Below are positions 25,765-34,600 of a DNA stretch of 64,000 bases, one piece after another. The notes beneath the pieces were generated by a model that saw nothing but the letters and a program-made list of their open reading frames with translations, was not told the DNA's origin and searched no databases. The stretch is from a virus. The translations under genes were made by a program, and so were the position numbers. Every line of letters starts with the position of its first letter. Position 1 is the stretch's first letter. The stretch spans positions 1 to 64,000 of IMG/VR virus record IMGVR_UViG_3300021420_000018, one strand, 5' to 3'.

Positions 25765-26889
25765 CTAGTGAGCGGCCGCCGAGGCATATATCCACTCCCT
25801 GTCATAGGCCGCTGGTCCGTGGCCGCGAATCACGACTGGCTGTCCAAAGTCTTGGCTTTTGGGAATAGCTTTCACCGAGATCTGATCGCAGTGATTCAAG
25901 GCGATTCCGTCCACACCTTCCAAAATATCGACTGCGTGCCGGATCAGTTTAAGATCTAAACGGCCGCGACGAAACTTACCTGGAAAGCCGTTGTCGTCAT
26001 TATGCGGCTCAGGCAAAGAATCCAGTTTGGGATCTTCGGTTGGGAGCGGTCCATCGCCATGCCGAGTCAGATACGTCCGCATGACTCCGATTTTCTTGAC
26101 GCGGCCTTCCCATTTGCTTTCCTCGAGCAGATGGAACGCATTATCGAACGTAGTGCATGTCCACGTGTTATAGCCGACTTCGCCGAAGTTCTCATCGAGC
26201 AGCACGCCCTGGGCGCCTTCGAACACGACGTTCTCTTTTTCGTCCAGCTTAAAGCTATCAACGATCTTGGCCGGCCAGCCAGCGTACAGCGCGGCCAGCT
26301 TGTCCACGGCATCAGGATTGTCGATCTCCAAAAAATCTTCTATACACACCACTCTCGCGAAACTGCCGTAGTTGCACACGTGCGCCTTCGCGAGCTGCTG
26401 AAGGAATCGCAGCTTCTGTTTGGTGGTTTCCTGATCGCGCAGGTCGCCGGCGAACAGCACTTTGTTGCCTTCGCGCAGATGGTCGGCGCGCGCCTGGCCT
26501 ACGCCCATGCCGCACGTATTGTGCTTCCCGTGGCTCAGGATGCGATTCACGGCGCAGTGGAACGGAGTGACGATCACGCACTTGGCATCGACCGTGGTGC
26601 GCTCCCAAATGTCCGGAGCCAGATCATTCGCCTCGCGCATCATGTTCAGCGGATTGACCAGCATGAATCGCGAAAGGTGAGTGCGAACGCCCGGAATGAA
26701 AGAGCCGCTGCCGAACTGCGAGAACGTGTGGTGCCGCCCTTCGGGAGTGACGACGTTATGGCCTGCCTGACATCCGCCATTGTAGCGGACGACTAACTTC
26801 ACGTCGCGAGTGCGGCAAATAAAATCTACAGTAGCTCCCTTTCCTTCATCTCCAAATGCCAATCCCGCAACTACGAAGGCATCGCGCAT
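25765..26889 (-). CDS. Adenylosuccinate synthetase-like protein (PurA family, not PurZ)
   Basis: GLAFGDEGKG; RYNGGCQAGH; TCGMGVG; FEGAQGVLLD; TRHGDGPLPTE. Confidence 0.9.
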   Translation of the reverse strand: MRDAFVVAGLAFGDEGKGATVDFICRTRDVKLVVRYNGGCQAGHNVVTPEGRHHTFSQFGSGSFIPGVRTHLSRFMLVNPLNMMREANDLAPDIWERTTVDAKCVIVTPFHCAVNRILSHGKHNTCGMGVGQARADHLREGNKVLFAGDLRDQETTKQKLRFLQQLAKAHVCNYGSFARVVCIEDFLEIDNPDAVDKLAALYAGWPAKIVDSFKLDEKENVVFEGAQGVLLDENFGEVGYNTWTCTTFDNAFHLLEESKWEGRVKKIGVMRTYLTRHGDGPLPTEDPKLDSLPEPHNDDNGFPGKFRRGRLDLKLIRHAVDILEGVDGIALNHCDQISVKAIPKSQDFGQPVVIRGHGPAAYDREWIYASAAAH

Positions 26890-27356
26890 GTAATCTCCTC
26901 CCACGTCTCGCGGCGTCTTATTTTTTTGATCGCGCTTCTGTGGACGCCATATCGCTTCGCTAACAAGGATGAAGGCTCTGTAGATGCAAAGATCTCTTTA
27001 ACCTGTTCAGGCTTTAGTTTGGATCGTGGATGCGGATAAATGTCGTGCGGCGGATTTTTGTTTCTTCCGCGTTCGTGCATGTCCCGAACGTTGTCATCGT
27101 TCGTGCCCTGGTACAAATGACGGGCGTTGCAGCACGGAGGATTATCGCAAGTGTGCAGGACGTCCAACTCTTCGTTGATCTGTCCATGCGCGAGCTCATA
27201 GGCGTGCCTGTGCGCTTTTATCAGCTTCAACTCTGGCGCTTTGGTTCTTAAAACGCCGTAACCTTTTTTGTCGCAGCCTGCCTGCCAAGGCCAACACTCA
27301 TCCTCGCCGCCAATACGAACATGGCTCCAGAAGTCATCGATAAGAGCTCTTTTCAT
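26871..27356 (-). CDS. HNH homing endonuclease with C-terminal HTH
   Basis: CWPW; GYG; AHR; VLHTCDNPPCCNARHL..GT..DN. Confidence 0.9.
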   Translation of the reverse strand: MKRALIDDFWSHVRIGGEDECWPWQAGCDKKGYGVLRTKAPELKLIKAHRHAYELAHGQINEELDVLHTCDNPPCCNARHLYQGTNDDNVRDMHERGRNKNPPHDIYPHPRSKLKPEQVKEIFASTEPSSLLAKRYGVHRSAIKKIRRRETWEEITCAMPS

Positions 27357-27550
27357 GTTGAGTGGAAAAAGCCGATCAGGTAGTTGTGATTGAGTACCTG
27401 AAAATCCTGAATGACTGCATCGAAATCAGCCTCAGTATATTTCTTGTCGCCGGGGCGCTCGAAGGTATTCGCGTTCACCATCGCGGCAATCTTCGCGTTC
27501 AATAGTGCTGCCTGGGCCATCACGTACGCAGCCTTTTGTTCGTCTGTCAT
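27353..27550 (-). CDS. Hypothetical protein
   Basis: ATGA overlaps at both ends; MTDEQKAAY. Confidence 0.55.
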   Translation of the reverse strand: MTDEQKAAYVMAQAALLNAKIAAMVNANTFERPGDKKYTEADFDAVIQDFQVLNHNYLIGFFHST

Positions 27551-27816
27551 TTGCCGTGGCTCGATCCTGGAACTTTGGTCGGATGGGCGCGTGCGTATTT
27601 TATAAACTCCATCACTACGCCACCGAGATCGAAGAACCTGTCGGACGGCGTTCCCAAAGCCATGCAATGCTTTACATAGTCATGGAGTGTAGGGACTGCC
27701 GCTGCGTCGCGTGCTCGCAGTATGAATAGCGGCTCATCCTCTGGCACCGGCTCGCCGTTGGAAGTCTTGATGAGCAGCTCGCCCTCGATATGAAACATGT
27801 CGTTTAGTTTTCTCAT
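27547..27816 (-). CDS. Phage hypothetical protein
   Basis: DEPLFILRARD motif; ATGA overlaps. Confidence 0.65.
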   Translation of the reverse strand: MRKLNDMFHIEGELLIKTSNGEPVPEDEPLFILRARDAAAVPTLHDYVKHCMALGTPSDRFFDLGGVVMEFIKYARAHPTKVPGSSHGK

Positions 27817-28301
27817 TCTGGCAACTTGAACGGACTCACGATCACTCGCGGCTCAACGTACACCGGAAGCGTTTTGTCGCTGTTGGGATCTTTGCACAGG
27901 ACCCACGTGCCTTCAGCCGCTGCCGGCGAGAACAGTCCGTTCGGATCAGCCTGCGGCAAGATGGCGTAGCCGTGTTCGGTATCGTGCTCGACCTTCGATG
28001 GATTGGTGAACTGCGTTGCGTACGGGATTCCGTAGCCTATCGAAGTGCACAGGAAGATTTTCTTGCCAGTGACTTCGGACCACAAGTACGCATACGTGAC
28101 GAGCCCATTCTGATCGCGCAGTTCCAGAATATCCTTGAGCAGTTTGCGCTCGCGGAAGTTTTTGATGGCCGGCATTCCAATCTGTGCGGACCCTTCCTTC
28201 AGTAAACTCTCTTGCTGCTGACGCTGAATCTGATCGCTACTTGGCGTCTCGTCACAGCCAAGAAGAAAAAGAACGCCCACCAGCACGGCGAATGTTTTCA
28301 T
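27813..28301 (-). CDS. Phage lipoprotein
   Basis: Lipobox LLGC; GYGIPYATQFTNP; PQADPNGLF. Confidence 0.75.
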   Translation of the reverse strand: MKTFAVLVGVLFLLGCDETPSSDQIQRQQQESLLKEGSAQIGMPAIKNFRERKLLKDILELRDQNGLVTYAYLWSEVTGKKIFLCTSIGYGIPYATQFTNPSKVEHDTEHGYAILPQADPNGLFSPAAAEGTWVLCKDPNSDKTLPVYVEPRVIVSPFKLPE

Positions 28302-28630
28302 TGGGACTCCTTCAGTTTGGCGATGAATGTCCGCAGGCTTTCCGGCACGTCCGGGTCATCGAGATTGTAGCCGGAGGCGCGGTGCAGGATGATCGAGGCA
28401 AGCGCGGCCTTCGCGTCTTTGTCCGGTGTCTTGATGTAGTCCCTCTGCATGTTCTCTAGCTCCTGGATCATTCCCTGGTTGAACGATCTGGTCTGCTCGA
28501 AAACTTGGCGGCGGACTTGCTCGCGCCGTGGCCCGAAATACTTGTAGAGAAAGAAATCGTTGCCCTCGACAACCCAAGTCAAGCCAAACATCAAAACGAG
28601 AATCAGAAGCACTGCGCCGACGATCTTCAT
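28298..28630 (-). CDS. Single-pass membrane protein
   Basis: GGAGG RBS; MKIVGAVLLILVLMFGLTW; coupled to the lipoprotein gene. Confidence 0.65.
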   Translation of the reverse strand: MKIVGAVLLILVLMFGLTWVVEGNDFFLYKYFGPRREQVRRQVFEQTRSFNQGMIQELENMQRDYIKTPDKDAKAALASIILHRASGYNLDDPDVPESLRTFIAKLKESQ

Positions 28631-28638
28631 AAAGCCTC

Positions 28639-28899
28639 CTATGACCAATCGATGTTCGGATAAGTTCCGTACGGAATGACGTTGCCGTCTTCGTCTATCA
28701 CAGGACTCGGTATTTGATTCTCTTCCAGCGGCCACAGGTGCGAGGCGTTATGAGCGCAGACGCGGCAGACAGGCTTTCCACGCAAGATCAGGACTGGCAC
28801 GAATGGCTTCTCGGTTTGCGGCGCGTCTTCATCGGAAATAACTACCGCGGCCGAGATCTCCGGCGTGATTGCCTGTCCACCGCACTGCGTACAGTTCAT
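28639..28899 (-). CDS. Zn-binding hypothetical protein
   Basis: CTQC...CRVC. Confidence 0.5.
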   Translation of the reverse strand: MNCTQCGGQAITPEISAAVVISDEDAPQTEKPFVPVLILRGKPVCRVCAHNASHLWPLEENQIPSPVIDEDGNVIPYGTYPNIDWS

Positions 28900-29849
28900 G
28901 GAAGTGTGATCCGGCGCCTGAACGTGCGAACCGAACCGGCAATCCTGGCAAGGTCAGATTCGCCGACGCCAACCGATTCAAGATCGGCCGCGAGGCCGTC
29001 CTGGGTCACACGATCTTCGTTCAGCCCGATGATGGCTCCAATCTGTTCGCAGATCAGGTCGGGATGCTGAAGAGTGAAAACAGATTCTTCGCCAAATAGA
29101 CGCACGTACTGCCTGCGGGAGTCCGTGAGCGGACTATTCGAAGGCCAGAACACAAACGGGTAGTAGGTTCGCTTCAAGTCTTCGATCATCGTCTCGATGG
29201 GAATGTCCGCAGGGATTGTGTCACCGAAAACAGCTTGAACTTGCGGAGCGCTCACGTGATCGAAGATCGGCTCGTCCGCGTACATGAAGAAATAGCCCTT
29301 GCGGTTGCGCCGTTCAAAGCAATCGAGAGCTGTCTTGCGCGCGGCCAAGTACATCAGCAGGTCGTAAGACTCGCCGCTATTGCTGCCGCCTTTCCCGACC
29401 AGCCAGACGTTGCGGATGTGTTCGTCGATGCGGATATCGCTTTCGTAATCGGAAATCTGAATGCAGTTTGCGCCAACGACGTTGTAGTCGTCGTTTGCGG
29501 CGACGGCCACCTGCGGATCGCTCAGATACTTGTGGGCGAGTTCCATGAGGTTTGGAAGTTTTAGCTGGGCGGCGACGGCGTTATGGTAGTTCGAGCCGGT
29601 CACGTCAAAGCAGACCATGACGGCATTCGATTCGGGATGCTCGGCGCTGTCGCGGCTTTCAAGGATTCCTGCCGGCTTTCGGTTGATCCGCAAAGGATCT
29701 AAGTTGGGGTGAATCTTCTTGGTCAGCTCTGCTTCCTGGCTGTAGGCGAAATCGACTGACATCGGCGCTACGCCAAGCGAATGCGCGGTCGCCGTACGAG
29801 TTGAACGCAAAGTGGTGTATGTTGCTGAGTTCCATCGTCCACTACCCAT
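28896..29849 (-). CDS. vWA-domain protein
   Basis: ESRDSAEHPES; FDVTGS MIDAS; GGSNSGESY; KGYFFMYADE. Confidence 0.8.
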   Translation of the reverse strand: MGSGRWNSATYTTLRSTRTATAHSLGVAPMSVDFAYSQEAELTKKIHPNLDPLRINRKPAGILESRDSAEHPESNAVMVCFDVTGSNYHNAVAAQLKLPNLMELAHKYLSDPQVAVAANDDYNVVGANCIQISDYESDIRIDEHIRNVWLVGKGGSNSGESYDLLMYLAARKTALDCFERRNRKGYFFMYADEPIFDHVSAPQVQAVFGDTIPADIPIETMIEDLKRTYYPFVFWPSNSPLTDSRRQYVRLFGEESVFTLQHPDLICEQIGAIIGLNEDRVTQDGLAADLESVGVGESDLARIAGSVRTFRRRITLP

Positions 29850-29864
29850 GTGCGATTCTCCTTT

Positions 29865-30035
29865 TTATTTGAAATAGCTGAGTAACTTAAGTTTTGCCTG
29901 CTTCGCTTTCTTAACGCAGCTTGCCGTGGAACAGACTGTGTTGGCGCGATTAGCCCAACAGCATGGCGGCCAGCAGGCGGCATCATCGGTGCAGCCACAG
30001 AACTGACAGATCCCGGGACGCGCTTTCTTTTTCAT
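29865..30035 (-). CDS. Small Cys-rich protein
   Basis: CQFCGCTDDAAC...CCW...VCS; AAGGGAG RBS. Confidence 0.6.
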   Translation of the reverse strand: MKKKARPGICQFCGCTDDAACWPPCCWANRANTVCSTASCVKKAKQAKLKLLSYFK

Positions 30036-30261
30036 CGGTCGAGCTCCCTTATGAAGGCGATTAGATCTTTGCACTTTTGAGGGTAGCGCAGCCAGAGGTA
30101 CAGCGCCGAGATTCCAAGCACGATGTTGCTCGCGATGGCGAATACGAAAAAATGAGCACCTACGCAGCTCACTTGATTCTCCCTTTTTAAGCCTCCGGTC
30201 CGGACTGTCGCAGCAGATGCCGGACCGGAGTGGACGGGTGCCCGGTTGCTTTGGAGCCGCA

Positions 30262-30291
30262 ACAATAAGCGTTTACTATTGGCGTTGTCAA
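30262..30291 (-). promoter_or_regulatory. Sigma70-like promoter with operator (vWA/PurA operon)
   Basis: TTGACA-18-TATTGT; TAAGCGTTTA at 30266-30275. Confidence 0.7.
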
Positions 30292-31676
30292 GCGTCTTCA
30301 GAAACTTTGCTCACGGCCAAAACGCAAGCGCAGTGGGGATGCTGCGGCGGCTTGGTTGCTCCGGAGAAGAACTTACTGCCGATCTCTACTTCCTGATCCT
30401 GATTCATAAGGCATTCCGGGCAAGGGTCGAGATTGGACGTGAGCCACTTCACTTTCTCTACGACGCCGGACTTTTCCCAGGTTGAGAAGTTGCTGGCCGA
30501 TTGCGCCATCGCGATCTCGCTGCGCGCAATCATCTTGGCGCGCCCCAAACTGAAAATGCCTTCGCCTTCGGTTTCCTCGGCAAGTGCCTCGCGTATGTCA
30601 TTGACGACTTCCGATATCGGAGTTTCTTTCGTGAACGAGTCGGCGACGATCTGGCGGATCTTGTCCCGGGTAGTTTGCGAGATGGCCCAACGCGCATTCG
30701 GATTTTCGACCAGGTTGCCTTCGTTGTCGAACTTCTTGCCGATCATTTCCGCGGCTCGATGGGTCGCATACTCTTGCGCGCTGCGATTGGCCGAAGCGAT
30801 CAGTTTGGAGTTCGAGACATCGATCTGCAACAGGCCGTGGCCGGCGCCGGAGAGTGCTGCCGATTCCAAGGACGAGCGCACTTGCGACGGCAGCGCCAGC
30901 CATTGAGCTTCTAAGACGGTGATGAGCCGATCCGTGAATGCTTGGGCATCGTCCGCATCTGCCTTGGCTAATAGCTTCGCAAACTTCTTGGAACTGTTCG
31001 GGCCGGCGACGCCATTGGCCTGCGCGAATGCAGAACTCTCGGCCTCTTTGTCGGACTTGCCATCTTTCTTCGCACGCTCGTACGCGCTGTTCCAGACGGC
31101 CACCCATTGCTTGCGCTTGGATTGCCGGACATAGTCCGGCGCATCGCTCGCCGATGAATACGGCTTCTGCAAAAACGTTTCGCGATAGCCCTTTTCCAGG
31201 TCCGTAAAAGTTTTCTCCCTGCTTCGAAACTGCAAATCACGCAGCGTGATGGTCTGGCCTTTCAGAGGATTCTCGCCCTGGGCGTGTTTCTGCGCCATTC
31301 CTTTTTTGAAATAGCCGATCGTCAGGTGCGGCTGAAAAGTGGGATGAGGGTCGGTGTGCGGAAGTGCGGCCAGGGCGTCGTGCAGCTTAACTAGCTTTTC
31401 GCTCTCCAGCAAAAATACCAGCGGCTCGCCTTCATCGTTCTCGGGGAAAGCGTGAAGATCTCCGAACGTTACATCGACTGTGCCCGTGCCTTTGGTGATG
31501 GCGCTCACCTGGTCGGGAGTGACTTCAGGATGGAAACCCCATCGCACCGTTACGTGCGGAGTCAGTTCACGGCCCTTCGGCGCGAGCTCGCTTTCCTCGA
31601 TGCCCTTTTGCAAATCGAGCACGCGTTGCGCATCAACCGGAGACAAGGTGAACTGAACTGCGCCGTATTTAGCCAT
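30288..31676 (-). CDS. MuF-like head morphogenesis protein fused to 2H phosphoesterase (Acb1/LigT-like) and ChaB-like domains
   Basis: PHVTV and PHLTI (two HxT motifs); WVAVWNSAYE...SAFAQAN; RAKMIARSE; CPEC; PPQHPHCAC. Confidence 0.85.
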   Translation of the reverse strand: MAKYGAVQFTLSPVDAQRVLDLQKGIEESELAPKGRELTPHVTVRWGFHPEVTPDQVSAITKGTGTVDVTFGDLHAFPENDEGEPLVFLLESEKLVKLHDALAALPHTDPHPTFQPHLTIGYFKKGMAQKHAQGENPLKGQTITLRDLQFRSREKTFTDLEKGYRETFLQKPYSSASDAPDYVRQSKRKQWVAVWNSAYERAKKDGKSDKEAESSAFAQANGVAGPNSSKKFAKLLAKADADDAQAFTDRLITVLEAQWLALPSQVRSSLESAALSGAGHGLLQIDVSNSKLIASANRSAQEYATHRAAEMIGKKFDNEGNLVENPNARWAISQTTRDKIRQIVADSFTKETPISEVVNDIREALAEETEGEGIFSLGRAKMIARSEIAMAQSASNFSTWEKSGVVEKVKWLTSNLDPCPECLMNQDQEVEIGSKFFSGATKPPQHPHCACVLAVSKVSEDA

Positions 31677-34600
31677 TACGACAGATTCTGTTCCTCGAGA
31701 CTCTTGTGACCGAACAGCAGCGTCGCCTTCCAGCCGCTCGGCGCGTTTTCGTCGGGGTTCAGCACGAGCATGCCGCCCTCGTCAAGGTCGAGCACGCCAT
31801 CATCGCCATCGAACATTTCCATCGACAGCTCTCGCAGACATGAGCCCGAGAATACCGTGAGAGTCGGCCCGCCGCTCGCCAGCCCTTCTGATTTGATGTC
31901 GGTCATAAAAGCAGTCAGGCGGGCAATGAATACATTCCTCGACTCGCCGCCTTCCGGAGCTTCGTCTGGATTCTTCATCAGCCGCTTTACTTTTTCTTTG
32001 TTCGGAGCCTTCTTCTTGCCGGCGAGCACGCCCAGGTTCCAGGTCTTGGCGCGATCATCTTCGACAACCCGCGGATGGTAGATCGATCCGCTGGATACGA
32101 TGTCGGCCGTCTCTTTGGTGCGCTTGAGCGTGGCGCAATAAATCTTCCGGAGAGGAACTTCGCTCAAGTATTGCTGGGCCGTGATCAGCTTCACGCGGCC
32201 GTCATCGGAAAGCGGGAAGTCAAGCCAGCCGTCTGAGCGATGCACCGGATCGAGAGCGGTGCGGCCGTGGCGCATCAAGAAAAGCGACTTGTACGTGTAA
32301 TCAACCGCAGCTTCGGCTTTCTGCAGCGGGGCCAGGCCTTCGCGGAAAGCTTTCTCCAGCGTTTGGTCCTCGAGCCTCACACTCTTCTCGGAACGTGCCA
32401 GACGCGCACGTATCGACTCCGCCTTGCGCAGCTTGAAGAAGCGGTTGGTTTCCTCGCGCGCCATGGTCAGTTGCTTGGTGAAAATGCTTCCAAGCACATG
32501 CTCGATCTGATGAATCCCCTGCTGGCTTTCAGGCGTGAGCATGGATGGATCGATACGGGATCCATGGCGCTTGGCAATCTGATCGTCGGCGATAACTTCG
32601 TGGATGGTCTTCACCAACTCTTCGTGACTGGTCTTCTGCCCATCGAGCGATTCTTTGCCGTTGTCGACGCCAACGTTTCGGCCAGTCGAGCGGCCTCCGC
32701 CGGCTTCCTGCGCCACAGGCGTTCCCGATCTTCCCGCATTGTGGTCGCCGTCATTGCCGTTATTCATGGGCCCGCCAGCTCCAGGAGCATCGGGATTCGG
32801 CGTAACTGGATGCGGCTTGGGTCTGCCGGAATCGTCAATCTGCACGCCAGCCTGAACAGAGGGAATGCCAATCGGCATGAATCCCGTTCCGGTAACGATG
32901 CCCAGGCGATCCGCTTCCGGTTCCGGCCGCAGCTCTTCGCCGACGCGCTTGCGCGCTTCGTTCGGCGTCATCACACCGCTCTTGACGTACATCGTGATAG
33001 CCGCGGCGTTCTTGAGTGGATCCGGCTCCGCGTAAGGATTCATCGCGATTTCGTACTCGATGAATCCCATCTTTTTCTGGATGATGTAGTCGATGACGCC
33101 TTTGAGCCAGGTCACCCAGGGCAGCGTGCCTTCAATCGTCGACGCATCGCCGGCAGCCCTGCCTTCGGTGCGGATCATGCGGATCAAACGCTGTGGACTT
33201 GTGCCGTACGCAAAACAAATCTGGCGGATATGCTTCTCGTCGTACACGCCGGCAAGCAACGGTTCCTTCGAGAAAATAATCTGATCTTCCTTGCCAGGCT
33301 CGTTGAATCCTTGCACCAGACGCCACTGATTGCGCGCCGCCAGGTTGCCGGCGAGCTGCGAGTTCATCCAGTCCATGGCTTCGGTGATGCGCTCAGGAGA
33401 AGTGCCGCGAGGAACGACTTGCACGACGCCCGGGATCGATCCTTCCTCGTAATAAGCGCGCACGAACTTCAGTCTGGAAATGCCGACCATGATTTCTTCG
33501 GCGACTTGTTCGGTCGGGGAATTTCCTGCAAAACATGCCTTGCCGTTGCGGCGAACATAGACAACGCTGTTCGGTACAGTTAGACAGTAAACTTTTCCGG
33601 AGTATGGCTGCCGACGAGTTTCGAATTTCTTGGTATAGCTACCTCTTTTATGAACGGCAACCACATAGTGCGCACGTGAGTTAATAGCCAGAATTGTGCG
33701 ACGCATTCCATTTCTGCCAATGATAGTGCGGTCGCGAAGAATTATCTTGCGAATGGTGGCGTACACTCCCATCTTCTGCGCTAATTCCTGTAATTGATCA
33801 GCAAGACGCTTACTGGAAGTGAAGGCTCTTGATCTGCTGGCATCTCCATCGCCTAACCAGAAATGATGCCAAAAAATCTGCAACTGGCGCGATGTCGCAT
33901 TCATGATTTCTTGTGGAATGTATTTGTCGCCAGCATGGCCAAGGGGCCGCAGGTGGCGCGCCAGAAACTTGGATCCGATGATAAATGCATCGTTACTATA
34001 GAGAACAGGACCGTTGTTTATCTTGTGCAGCAAGGCGCGCATTTCAGAGATTCGCTTGTTGTTTTTAGATTGTGCGATGTAGACGTAATTGCCTTCACAA
34101 CTTCCTTCGGCAAGATAGAGGCCAATCAACGCACAATAATCATCGCCGCTCATCTCCAACACACGGCCATCGTGGATATGTCGCTGCCGATTTCGGACGA
34201 CCGCTTGATGGGCAGTCGCCAAGGCAACGCCGGCGACTGCGCCGATCTGCGAATAAGACAATCCTTGCGATCGTAGTTCGCGACAGCGAGCGTCGAGTTG
34301 AAGTCGGGAGACATGCCGATCTTCCGCAATGGCAGGGAAGCGCTTCGAATTAACTTCTACGCCATGCCATATAGACGTTACTGGAATCCCAGTTGCAGAA
34401 GTACAGTGTTTCTCTAATTCGGCTGCAGATACTAAGACATCGCCAGAACGGTGTTTGTTACCACCGAGACTAAAAGGCAACTTATCAATGACCATCCTGT
34501 GCTGTGGTGTTACTTCGAGATCCAAAGAACGAGAGGAGAATCTAATTAAATCTCCGACATAGTCATAGCAATGCTTGGCCGTAGCGAGCTGCCACTCGAA

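Noticed and set aside
25765-26889. PurZ / 2-aminoadenine (Z-genome) pathway
   Set aside because: The motif is GDEGKG with Asp (PurA-type), not the Ser of PurZ; no DatZ or MazZ recognised nearby
17539-33583. Long plus-strand ORFs (17539-18894, 18900-19931, 24031-24891, 32240-33583)
   Set aside because: Antisense shadows of GC-rich genes with no recognisable motifs
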